Translations under genes and position numbers: made by a program
The notes under the pieces: model-generated
Databases searched by the model: none
What the model was told of the DNA's origin: nothing
Seen by the model: only the letters and a program-made list of their open reading frames with translations
Shown: piece after piece, positions 10,145 to 18,310 of the stretch
How positions within the stretch are numbered: the stretch's first letter is position 1
Layout of the letters: every line of letters begins with the position of its first letter
IMG/VR virus record: IMGVR_UViG_3300046798_000046
From: an uncultured virus (IMG/VR IMGVR_UViG_3300046798_000046)
Lineage: Duplodnaviria; Heunggongvirae; Uroviricota; Caudoviricetes
Length of the DNA stretch: 23,110 bases
Reading direction: 5' to 3' (one strand)

Positions 10145-11377
10145 CTAGAATCCAGTCGCGAGCGCGGTCAGATCCCACTTGGTATCCGCCGCGTTGTACC
10201 GGAACCCGATGTACATGGTCTTGCTGGTGGTCGTCGTGATCGGCAGGGCCACGCTCCCGGCGCGATAGATGGCGTTCCAGGCGAGCGTTTGCGGCGTGCC
10301 GTTGTCCTTGACCCGGATGGTCAGATAGCTGCCATCGACGGGGGTGCCGGTGGGCGCGGCGAAGGTCGCGGTCGCGGCGAGGGCCGTGAGCAGATAGAGG
10401 TTGCGAGCACCCGCACCGACAGGAGCCGGGGTCGCGGACGAGACCGCCGACGTAACCAGTTCGGTGGGGGCACCCGCGACCCCGCCGATGACGATCCAGT
10501 TGGTGCCGTTCCAGCGTGCGAGGACGCCGTTCGTGCCGCCGGTCGTCACGATGGCCCCCGCCACCGCCGTCGTGCTGTTGTTGACATTCACAAGATCGCC
10601 AACGACCCCTGGCACAATCCCGGCGAACGGACGCTCCCCCATTTGGATTTGGGCCGTGATGATCTGATTCGCGTTCACGTTACCCGCAAATATCCCCGCG
10701 CCCCCGCGAATGAGATAGAAGGGTCGCCGCGTCGAGACGCCTGCGTCTGATTCTTCATCAATCGACAAATACCCGCCGGTCAACGTCCCAATGCGCCATC
10801 GCCGCGCATCCACCGCAGCGGAAGACTCGATCAGGACGACCGACGCGGGCGATCCGATCAGGCTCGGACTATTGCTGAACACCGGAGCCGTCCCCGCGCC
10901 CTGCGAAATCAAGACCTGACCGAGCGGAGCCGTGGGGAGGGAGGCCCCGCCGCCTCCACTCCCACTCGCCGCACTGAGATGGGTCCCGACCCCGCGTGTC
11001 ATCGTCACCGACGCCGAGCCGCTCGTGAACGCCGTCGCGCGCACGCGGACGCGCACGATCCCCCAATTCGGGAGCGCGAACTGCCCCGGCGCGGTCGTGG
11101 TCGTCGCAGACGCGCCGGTCGCGGGATTGACCAGCCCGATCGCGAGCCAGTTGGTCCCGTCCGAGGTCGCCTCGAAGGTCAGCGTCCCGGTGAATGTCCC
11201 GCTGACCTGAAGGGTCAGGGACGGGACGCTGCCGACCTGGAAGTTCGCGCACGCCGCCGCCACGGAGCAGGCGGCTCCGCTGTCCACCACCGTAATCGAG
11301 ACGGGTCCCGTGACCTGCGCGCCGACCCGGCTCGTGAGGAGCAGGGCGGCCAGTAGGCCGATACTGAGTCGTCGCAT
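10145..11377 (-). CDS. Head fibre / capsid decoration-like protein with predicted N-terminal signal peptide
   Basis: AAGGAGG RBS; MRRLSIGLLAALLLTSRVGA|Q; beta-sandwich motif QVSGTFTGTLTFEATSDGTNW...RVRVRATAFTSGS; fibre motif GQVLISQGAGTAP; directly after the coat gene. Confidence 0.8.
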   Translation of the reverse strand: MRRLSIGLLAALLLTSRVGAQVTGPVSITVVDSGAACSVAAACANFQVGSVPSLTLQVSGTFTGTLTFEATSDGTNWLAIGLVNPATGASATTTTAPGQFALPNWGIVRVRVRATAFTSGSASVTMTRGVGTHLSAASGSGGGGASLPTAPLGQVLISQGAGTAPVFSNSPSLIGSPASVVLIESSAAVDARRWRIGTLTGGYLSIDEESDAGVSTRRPFYLIRGGAGIFAGNVNANQIITAQIQMGERPFAGIVPGVVGDLVNVNNSTTAVAGAIVTTGGTNGVLARWNGTNWIVIGGVAGAPTELVTSAVSSATPAPVGAGARNLYLLTALAATATFAAPTGTPVDGSYLTIRVKDNGTPQTLAWNAIYRAGSVALPITTTTSKTMYIGFRYNAADTKWDLTALATGF

Positions 11378-11440
11378 GGGTCCCTCCTTGTCCGCGACGG
11401 ACCTCCGGCCGCATCGAGCGACCAGAGGTCCCCGAGGACG

Positions 11441-12664
11441 TTAGCCTGCGATACGGCAGGCCAGTTCGGGACGCAGCACGGCCCACCCATAAAGGATGTC
11501 CAATCTGCAAGGAAAGCGGTCGGTGTTGATGTCGTAGGCCCGAATCATCCGGATGGACAGCCCCAACTGTTTGTCCGACATGCGGGCGGCCTGCACGACG
11601 CCGGATTCCGGCAGGGGCAGGTCGGCGCACGCCAGGGTGAACGCATCCGGGTGGAAGGCCACGCCGGTCGGGGACACCGTGCCCGCGACCCCGCTCCCGC
11701 CCGTGATGATCGCGCTATCGGCGGCGAGCGCCGTCACGGTCTGACCCGCGCCGGTCGCGACGATCGCGGGCGAAATCGGCATCGCCGCCTTGCCTGCCAC
11801 GTCGCTCGCGACATTGGCGAGCACCGTGAACTGCTGGAGGGCGCCCGTGCTCTGATGGTTCTGCACGTTGGTGCCGAAGACCCCGGCAATCGTGAACGTG
11901 TCGCCCTTGTTCAGCCGGGGGCCGACCGCCGCCGTGAAGCCCTTGACGAGCAGGGTGCCGCCGGTCTGGTTCGGGCCATCGACGAGCAGGTTGGCGCCCG
12001 CCAGCCCGCCGGGACCGGCCGTCAGGCTCGCGCAGTTCTGATCCATGTAGAACTTGAACCCGGCGGCCCGCCCCATCATGCCCTTCGCGTACTGCTCGGC
12101 AATCAGGTTGGACTGCTGGAACAAGCCCTTCAAGGCATCGACGAGCGTGGCTTCCATGAGGGGGGTGATGACCACGGTCAACTGCCCGTCGAGCGGGACG
12201 CTGGCGTCCTTGAGCTTGACCCCGGCCTTGAGGTAGGTGAGCAGATCGGCGGGGGTCACCCCGGGGGTGCCGACCGAGGCGTAAATCTGCTTGGTCAACT
12301 GCAAGCCGTCGTAGTCGAGTTTGTTGGCGATGGTCGCAATCGCGGGGGTCAGGAATCGCTTGGAGAAGTCATCGATCGAGAGCGCCATATCCTGCGAGGA
12401 CGGCGAGATGTCCACGCCGAACTGCGTATCGAGCGTGACGGGCACGCTCGTTTCCACCATGTCTTCCAGGATGAGCGTCTGCCCGAGGCGGCCCTGGTAG
12501 CGGGGCGGCTTGCGGACATTCAGCACCGTGCCGATTTTGGCCCCCGAGATGCCAAATTCGCTGCTGTACTGCCGGGTGATCTGCTTGGTGAAGGTGAGCG
12601 AGTTTTCAAGGACCCGCAAGGCTTCGCGTGTGATCATACTGATCGTAAGGAACACATTGGGCAT
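11441..12664 (-). CDS. Major capsid protein, P22 coat (gp5) family, 407 aa
   Basis: MPNVFLTISMITREALRVLEN, GAKIGTVLNVRKP, LSIDDFSKRFL.PA, G.MGRAAGF.FYMDQN, GDTFTIAGV, AFH.DAF.LA..DLPLP, YDIN.D....RLDILYGW..LRPELACR; GGAG RBS before ATG 12664. Confidence 0.96.
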   Translation of the reverse strand: MPNVFLTISMITREALRVLENSLTFTKQITRQYSSEFGISGAKIGTVLNVRKPPRYQGRLGQTLILEDMVETSVPVTLDTQFGVDISPSSQDMALSIDDFSKRFLTPAIATIANKLDYDGLQLTKQIYASVGTPGVTPADLLTYLKAGVKLKDASVPLDGQLTVVITPLMEATLVDALKGLFQQSNLIAEQYAKGMMGRAAGFKFYMDQNCASLTAGPGGLAGANLLVDGPNQTGGTLLVKGFTAAVGPRLNKGDTFTIAGVFGTNVQNHQSTGALQQFTVLANVASDVAGKAAMPISPAIVATGAGQTVTALAADSAIITGGSGVAGTVSPTGVAFHPDAFTLACADLPLPESGVVQAARMSDKQLGLSIRMIRAYDINTDRFPCRLDILYGWAVLRPELACRIAG

Positions 12665-12925
12665 TGGACTGACTCCGACGCGCGCAGGGGCGCATCCCAG
12701 CAAAACCGGTGGTGTCGCTGGCCGAGGCGACGGCAGGGAGCGGCCGGAGCATCACGTAGGGGCGGGACGTGATGAACCCGTCGTGCAGGCGTCTGACCGT
12801 GAGACACTCACGGGATCGGGGACGAGGCGATCCGCCGGGTCGTCCAACGTACGTCGCGCGTTCTGGGGGCTGGGGCGCGCGGCGAGGTCCCCGTTCGGCC
12901 CGGAGGCCGATCCGCCCGATGTCGC
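12665..12925 (-). promoter_or_regulatory. Structured intergenic leader between scaffold and coat genes
   Basis: At least six short inverted repeats in 260 nt (see findings). Confidence 0.5.
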
Positions 12926-13936
12926 TTACCGGCCCCCGCCTGCCGCCCTCCAGGCGGCATACTCGGCGTAGGTCATTTGTTCCGGGTCTTTCGACGGCGT
13001 CACCGCGCTCGGATTCACGCGCGGGGGCGGCGCCGGAGCACGCGAGGCCACGGGGCGCGGGGCGGGAACACCGGCCGGGGGTCGCACGTCCGCACCGGGC
13101 CGACTCGTCGCCGGGGGGGCAGACGGAGTCAGCAACCCGCGCTCGTGCAACGCCTCAAGTTTCCCCATCTCGATAAACTGCGCGGCGGGTGGCAACCGGG
13201 TGATCCGGTCGAGTTCCGCTGGGTGCTTCATCAAGTGGTACCCAAGATCGACCCCGACCGGCGAGTTCTGAATGACCAGTTGCACTTCGGCGGTGACCGG
13301 CAGATGGGTCGCCGAGGCCAGGACCTCGTTGTAGTCCGGGTACGCCTCGCGCGCCTGGGCGAGCCGTCCCAGGTAGTCCTGTTCGGCCTGGACCTGGACG
13401 GCGCGTTGCTGGGCGTCCCACTGCTGTTGCGCCGCCTGCTGCCGTTCCTGCTGGAGCCGGGCGATCACGCGCTGTTCGGTCGCGGCGGTATTCTGCGCGA
13501 GCTTCCAGTCGGTCAGCGCCTCCATGTAGTCGGCAAAGCTCGGGTAGTCGTCTTCGGTCGGCTTGGGCGCGACCTCGACCGCCGGGACCGCCTCGACCGG
13601 GGCCGGGACGGATCCCGGCGTCCCCTCCGCTGGCGGGGCCTGGGGAATCGCGCGAATCCGGGCGAGTTCGGCTTCGAGTTGGTCGGCGCGGGCCTTCTCT
13701 TCGTACCGCTCGCGCGTCAATTGATTGATGCGGAGTTCGACCGGGGCCTTCTCTTTGGGTTCCTCGGCGACCGGCGCCGGGGTCGCCGGGGTCACCGGAT
13801 CGGGCGGGGTCGGCGCGTCCACCGGCGGCAGGCCGAGCGTGGCGCGCAGTTCGGCTTCGGTCTCGCTCACGGAACTGAGCACGACCTCGTTCTGGTTCTG
13901 GACCGGAGGAATCTCAGCCGCCATGGTGGTCTGCAT
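12926..13936 (-). CDS. Capsid scaffolding protein (start 13936 or 13924)
   Basis: Between portal and coat; RINQLTRER, P..DDY...DY.EAL.DWK, YPDY.EV, L.YHL.KHP.E..RI..L......E.GKLE, MTYAEYAAWR C-terminus. Confidence 0.9.
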   Translation of the reverse strand: MQTTMAAEIPPVQNQNEVVLSSVSETEAELRATLGLPPVDAPTPPDPVTPATPAPVAEEPKEKAPVELRINQLTRERYEEKARADQLEAELARIRAIPQAPPAEGTPGSVPAPVEAVPAVEVAPKPTEDDYPSFADYMEALTDWKLAQNTAATEQRVIARLQQERQQAAQQQWDAQQRAVQVQAEQDYLGRLAQAREAYPDYNEVLASATHLPVTAEVQLVIQNSPVGVDLGYHLMKHPAELDRITRLPPAAQFIEMGKLEALHERGLLTPSAPPATSRPGADVRPPAGVPAPRPVASRAPAPPPRVNPSAVTPSKDPEQMTYAEYAAWRAAGGGR

Positions 13937-13942
13937 CAATGA

Positions 13943-16216
13943 TTAGGGAGTCTGCCCTGAATTGGGGGCGGGCGCAAGGGCCGCGTCCCGGATCGCGGCC
14001 TCGCGGGCCTGCTGCGCGTCGTGCTGCGCGAGCGCGGCCTCGTGGCCGTGATCGAGGTGCTGGGTCAGCCGCGCGTGGTCGGTCTCGAACCGGTGCGCGG
14101 CCTGCTCGGTCTGGAGCTTGATCTGCGCGATCTGGACCTCGACGTTCAGGCGCATCGCCTCGATCCGTTCTTTCGACTGGATCTCTTCGCGGGCGATGAC
14201 GATCTTGGCCTGCGCGTCGGCGTGCCGCTGATCGACCTTCAGTTGCATGTCCTTGAGCGCCTGGGTGGCGGCCTGAAGGGCCTGTTCCTGCATCTGGCCC
14301 ATCTGTTTCATCTGCGCCATCTCGGCCTGGGCCTTCGGCGGGATGGGCGGGTCGTCGCCCTCGTCCTGCAAGTTCGGCGGCAGCGCCTTCTTCAGGCGGG
14401 CCGAGGCGGTCGCCGCCCCGGGCCAATCCATGTTCTCGACCATCAGGTCGCCGAGCAGTTGGAAGGCGGTGTCGTTGCTCGTGCAGATTTGGGTCAGCGC
14501 CTCCAGGGCTTCCTGGCGCTTGCTCGCCATCGACGGGCCGGTGCTGATCGCCACGTCGTACCGGCCGACCGACAGGTCGTAGACGTGTTTCACATCGTCG
14601 GGGAGCACTTGGCCCTCCAGGTCCTGGGGCGGCGCCCCGGCGTGAACCATCACGGTCTTCGGCTTGTCGTCCAGGCCGAGGATCCGCAGGACGCGCGGCT
14701 CATCATAGATGTGGGGGATGAGGTCCACGATGATGCGGCCGACCGCCCGAATGGCCCGCGACAAATTGTCGAGGAAGTTGCTGTTCGCCATCTCGCCCTG
14801 CTGTTGCAAGGCGGTGATGGCTTTGCCCGATTGTTCCCCCTGGCGCTGGCCGAGCGATGGCTCGAACAGGCCCATCGTCGCCTTCAGGTCGCTGTCGGCT
14901 TGGCTGATGGCGTGGGTAATCGCCATGATCGCCGGTTCGGCCACGTTGCGCTGGGGCAGCGGGGCCAACTGGCCGTTGACCATGACGGGCTTGACTTGGA
15001 GGTACGGGAACGAGCGGCGGTTGGCTTGCCGCCACTGGGCCTCGAACCCCTCGAACTGACCGGCGTAGCCCACATACGGGGCCTTCGGGGCCAGGGCGAG
15101 GGTTTCCGCGAGCGCGGTATTCTGGAAATTATACAGCCGCTGCGGATCCTTGGCGTCCCGGACCATGCCCCGGTAGTCGAGTTCCCCGTTCAGGTCCAGT
15201 TCCTCGCCAATCACCGGGATGATGGGGATGCGGTTGCCGGGCCACGCGCGGCCATCGGTCCGATCGTCGTTGCCTTCGAGGATCGCGACGGCATTGATGA
15301 GCGCGCACTTGATCTGCTTGGTCGGGACCGTGCGGCGTTTGAGTTCCCGGGTCGCCAGTTGGTCGGCGGCGGGCCACTTCCGGTAGATGTCCTCGAACAC
15401 CGATTGGCGTTGGCCGTCCGGCCATTCGACCAGCAGGAGTTCCCGGTCCACGACATCGGCCAGCCAGTAGGCCGCCGTCCGGACCTTGCCTTCGGGCATC
15501 CAGTCCTGCGCGCGTTCCCCGCCCGCGACGAACTCGGCGAGGCTCGCCATGTCGCCGTCGTCCTTGAACCGCTGTTGGTACTCGTGCTTCGGGATGTCCT
15601 CGATGATGAAGCCGAAGCGGGCATCCGACCCGTCCGGTTCCTGAATCGTCGGGTCCAGGTAGATCGAGAACGGGTTGCGGACCCGCTTGATGCGGATTTC
15701 CTGCGCGAAGGAATCTTCCGCCGAGTATTCGGTATCGACCAGCAGGTACCCGCGTCCGATGCGGGCCTGGGCTTCGGCGGCGGTCGTGTAGGCGACCTGG
15801 GCATCGGACTGCGTCTCGATGTGCCGGATGATCCCCATGAGAATTTCCGCCGTCTTGGGGTCGGCGCCGCTGTCGATCGGATTGACTTCGATGCCGGGCC
15901 GGTTGGACCGGGTCGCGTTGACCACTTGGCGAATGAACTGCGGGAGGCGGTTGATGGTCAGGCAGGGGCGTTGATCGATGATGCGCTCGCGCTTGACATC
16001 CTCGGCCCACTGCTCGCTCGCCACGAACTGGAGGTCTTCCTGCTGCTTGGCCCGCATCGTCCCTTCGGCGGCCTGCACCAACTGGAACCGCTCGCGCGCC
16101 ACCTGGAGAAACTTGGCGACTTGCTGGCGCTTCCCGTCCTCGCCCGCCTGGATCGCCGCGCCGTCACTCGTGACGAGCGTCAGGGTGTCGCGGGCCGAGA
16201 GGGCGGTCTCAGACAT
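13943..16216 (-). CDS. Portal protein, P22 gp1 family, ~757 aa
   Basis: EDL.F...EQW, RPCLTINRLPQFIRQVVN, G.VRDAKDPQRLYNF, LAPKAP, EQSGKAI...QQQG, IP.IYD..R..RILG, DLSVGRYDV....GPS..SKRQEA, long C-terminal coiled coil. Confidence 0.96.
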   Translation of the reverse strand: MSETALSARDTLTLVTSDGAAIQAGEDGKRQQVAKFLQVARERFQLVQAAEGTMRAKQQEDLQFVASEQWAEDVKRERIIDQRPCLTINRLPQFIRQVVNATRSNRPGIEVNPIDSGADPKTAEILMGIIRHIETQSDAQVAYTTAAEAQARIGRGYLLVDTEYSAEDSFAQEIRIKRVRNPFSIYLDPTIQEPDGSDARFGFIIEDIPKHEYQQRFKDDGDMASLAEFVAGGERAQDWMPEGKVRTAAYWLADVVDRELLLVEWPDGQRQSVFEDIYRKWPAADQLATRELKRRTVPTKQIKCALINAVAILEGNDDRTDGRAWPGNRIPIIPVIGEELDLNGELDYRGMVRDAKDPQRLYNFQNTALAETLALAPKAPYVGYAGQFEGFEAQWRQANRRSFPYLQVKPVMVNGQLAPLPQRNVAEPAIMAITHAISQADSDLKATMGLFEPSLGQRQGEQSGKAITALQQQGEMANSNFLDNLSRAIRAVGRIIVDLIPHIYDEPRVLRILGLDDKPKTVMVHAGAPPQDLEGQVLPDDVKHVYDLSVGRYDVAISTGPSMASKRQEALEALTQICTSNDTAFQLLGDLMVENMDWPGAATASARLKKALPPNLQDEGDDPPIPPKAQAEMAQMKQMGQMQEQALQAATQALKDMQLKVDQRHADAQAKIVIAREEIQSKERIEAMRLNVEVQIAQIKLQTEQAAHRFETDHARLTQHLDHGHEAALAQHDAQQAREAAIRDAALAPAPNSGQTP

Positions 16217-16490
16217 GGATCGGCCCATCCGGGGCGAGCGCGTGCAGGTCCTCGCGGACGGTGTCACAGATCATCCGGAAGATGGCCCGGTAGTCCTCGT
16301 CGAAGAACTGATACGCCTCGTAGGCGCCCGACCGCTTCGCCGTCCGGACGAAGTCGCGCTCGCCCGCCAGACACACGGCGAGCCGGAGGGGGTGGTCGGT
16401 CGTCCAGACGAACATCATCGCGGCACACACCGCCCAGTCCCGCCGGGGCAGCGCCCGGATGACCTCGGGGACCGTCAGGATCGTCGGCAT
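16209..16490 (-). CDS. Hypothetical protein, 93 aa
   Basis: Starts 1 nt after upstream stop; its stop overlaps the portal start region. Confidence 0.72.
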   Translation of the reverse strand: MPTILTVPEVIRALPRRDWAVCAAMMFVWTTDHPLRLAVCLAGERDFVRTAKRSGAYEAYQFFDEDYRAIFRMICDTVREDLHALAPDGPIHV

Positions 16491-16491
16491 C

Positions 16492-16656
16492 TTATTGCTT
16501 GAGGGCGCGCGCCTTGTGGAGGGGGTTGGGCCGCGCCAGCGGGTGCGCGGTGTGGAGCGCGGCGGCGACCGAGGACTTCACCGAATGGCCGGTCGCGACC
16601 ATCTCCTTGATGTTCTTGGAGATGACTTTCCGGGACGTGCCCTTCTCAAGCGGCAT
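16492..16656 (-). CDS. Small basic phage protein of the MPL.KG.S.K.IS.NI.E....G.....AVA.AL type, 54 aa
   Basis: AGGAG RBS before ATG 16656; recognisable motif common near podovirus terminase/portal genes. Confidence 0.85.
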   Translation of the reverse strand: MPLEKGTSRKVISKNIKEMVATGHSVKSSVAAALHTAHPLARPNPLHKARALKQ

Positions 16657-16846
16657 CGGGGTCTCCTGGGGGCGGCACGTCAAAGGGGACAATCGTCGCG
16701 AGCAGCTTTCGCACCTCGGCCCGCATCGCCGGGGTCGTCTGCGCGACCAGGGCCTCCAGGTGGGCGAGGTCTCGAATCTCGCTCCCCAGGACCCGGAGCC
16801 GCGCGCCGTCGTCGGTCGGCAGTTCCGCCGTCAGGCGTCCCCGCAT
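16646..16846 (-). CDS. Hypothetical protein, 66 aa
   Basis: Fills the gap exactly (4 nt after previous stop, overlaps next start); helical composition. Confidence 0.62.
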   Translation of the reverse strand: MRGRLTAELPTDDGARLRVLGSEIRDLAHLEALVAQTTPAMRAEVRKLLATIVPFDVPPPGDPDAA

Positions 16847-16850
16847 GGCG

Positions 16851-17207
16851 CTACGCCTCGGCCTCGTCGGGGCCGGGGGCTTCGCCTGCCGGGGTCTCTT
16901 CCGCAGGCGGCTCGGTCGGCGCGTCGGTCGGCGTCGGGCTGAAGGCTTCCGTCATGTACCCGACCAGATCGTCGATCGAACTGAACGAGTGCTTGCTGGG
17001 CCGGGTGAAGGCCAGCGCATCGCCGATCTCCCCGCCTTTGGCGGGCGGGGCCTGGAAGGTGGTCACGACAAAGCCGCCGTTGTCCGTCCGCTCCACTTCC
17101 ATGCGCTCGATGTCGTGCGGGGCGGTCTCCCCGCCCGAATCCTTCGAGGCCGCAGGCGCCGTGGGGGGGCCACTCATCTTGACGACCGACATCGCGGGAG
17201 CAGGCAT
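16851..17207 (-). CDS. Hypothetical acidic protein, 118 aa
   Basis: AAGGAG RBS; globular core IERMEVERTDNGGFVVT...KHSFSSIDDLVGYM. Confidence 0.8.
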   Translation of the reverse strand: MPAPAMSVVKMSGPPTAPAASKDSGGETAPHDIERMEVERTDNGGFVVTTFQAPPAKGGEIGDALAFTRPSKHSFSSIDDLVGYMTEAFSPTPTDAPTEPPAEETPAGEAPGPDEAEA

Positions 17208-17245
17208 GGGTCAGACTCCTTGGGCTTCCGCCCGAAACGGGGGCG

Positions 17246-17254
17246 AGTATAGCA
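17246..17254 (-). promoter_or_regulatory. Candidate extended -10 promoter (TGnTATACT) upstream of the portal-containing unit
   Basis: Minus strand reads TGCTATACT in a 53-nt intergenic gap, followed by a CGCCC/GGGCG hairpin and an RBS. Confidence 0.5.
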
Positions 17255-17260
17255 CGGCCC

Positions 17261-17512
17261 TCAGTCGTCGTCGCGCGGATCGGGCGGGGGCCGGACGCCA
17301 TCGACGGTCCAGACCTCGAACCACTGGGGACCGTAGGTACACGTCAGGCCGCTCGGGCGGTAGGTGTGGTAGCCCCGGTCGGGCGTGGTCTGGGGTCCCG
17401 CGTCCGCGTCCGCGAAGGTGACGGGCACCGGCAACGGCACCCGCCACTCTCGCGCCTCCCGGACCTCTTGCAGCCGCGCGCGCGCGAACGGCAGCAGTAA
17501 CAGGACCTGCAT
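17261..17512 (-). CDS. Hypothetical protein, 83 aa
   Basis: Fills gap in the operon, ATG start; no recognisable motif. Confidence 0.55.
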   Translation of the reverse strand: MQVLLLLPFARARLQEVREAREWRVPLPVPVTFADADAGPQTTPDRGYHTYRPSGLTCTYGPQWFEVWTVDGVRPPPDPRDDD

Positions 17513-17527
17513 CCCTATCTATTGATC

Positions 17528-17932
17528 TTAGGGATGCCCGAAGATGTCGAACCGGCCCAGCCACACATCTGCCGACACGTCGTAGCTCCAGAGCAGCCGC
17601 ACGCCGCTCCCGCCCGGGACCACGCCCGTGAACACGTACCCCTCCGGCGGGGGTCCCCAGGTCGTCAGCCCCGCCGCCACCCAGGCTTCCGCGAGTTGGT
17701 CAATCGTCGGTCCCCACGCCGCGTCCTGGGCCTCGCGCGGATCCAACCGGCAGACCGCCGAGGCCAGCCGCGTCAGCGCCGGAGGCGCGGCCACGTCCCC
17801 GCCCGCCGCCGCGCAGACCCCGCCTTTCGCCGTCACCATCGCCGCGAACCGCTCATTGGCCGCCGTGACCAGCCCCGCCGCCGACTCCGCGCTCTTGCTG
17901 TCCTTCGTCTCGCGATCCTTCACCATCGCCAT
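17528..17932 (-). CDS. Hypothetical protein, 134 aa, whose C-terminus resembles the coat protein C-terminus
   Basis: GSGVRLLWSYDVSADVWLGRFDIFG versus coat GLSIRMIRAYDINTDRFPCRLDILYG; 3 nt after HNH stop. Confidence 0.75.
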   Translation of the reverse strand: MAMVKDRETKDSKSAESAAGLVTAANERFAAMVTAKGGVCAAAGGDVAAPPALTRLASAVCRLDPREAQDAAWGPTIDQLAEAWVAAGLTTWGPPPEGYVFTGVVPGGSGVRLLWSYDVSADVWLGRFDIFGHP

Positions 17933-17935
17933 GTG

Positions 17936-18310
17936 TCACCCCTGTCTATGCTCACGGCCATGACAGGCTCGACAGAGCCAGGAGACCGTGCGCCGTTGCG
18001 TGTAGTCCTCGTGATGCGCTTGCATCGCCGACGCCCGCCCACACCGGGTACACGTCGAAGGGGCCTGCACGCGGCCCCGCTTCCGGCCTTGCCGAATCGA
18101 CTCCCGCGCGACGTGCTTCTGCTTCTCCGCTGGCGTTTGCCGCCGTCGCTGCTGCGCGAGCCGATGCTGCTCGCAACACGCATCACACCGAATCGCGCTC
18201 CGTGAACTGCGCGGCTGACCGCAACACCGGCACCGCCCTGCCGCAATCTGTTCCCGCTGCCACTTGTAGACCGAGACCCGCCGCCCCTCGAATCGACGCG
18301 CTACATCCAT
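17936..18310 (-). CDS. HNH-family zinc-binding endonuclease-like protein
   Basis: CxxCG...AHHEDY...V.WLC..CH...H motif plus N-terminal CxxC pairs; overlaps terL stop. Confidence 0.82.
   Translation of the reverse strand: MDVARRFEGRRVSVYKWQREQIAAGRCRCCGQPRSSRSAIRCDACCEQHRLAQQRRRQTPAEKQKHVARESIRQGRKRGRVQAPSTCTRCGRASAMQAHHEDYTQRRTVSWLCRACHGREHRQG

Noticed and set aside
14021..16462. 813-aa plus-strand ORF, and similarly 18202-19920, 11651-12772 and 4562-5803
   Set aside because: Antisense shadows of the portal, terL, coat and fibre genes
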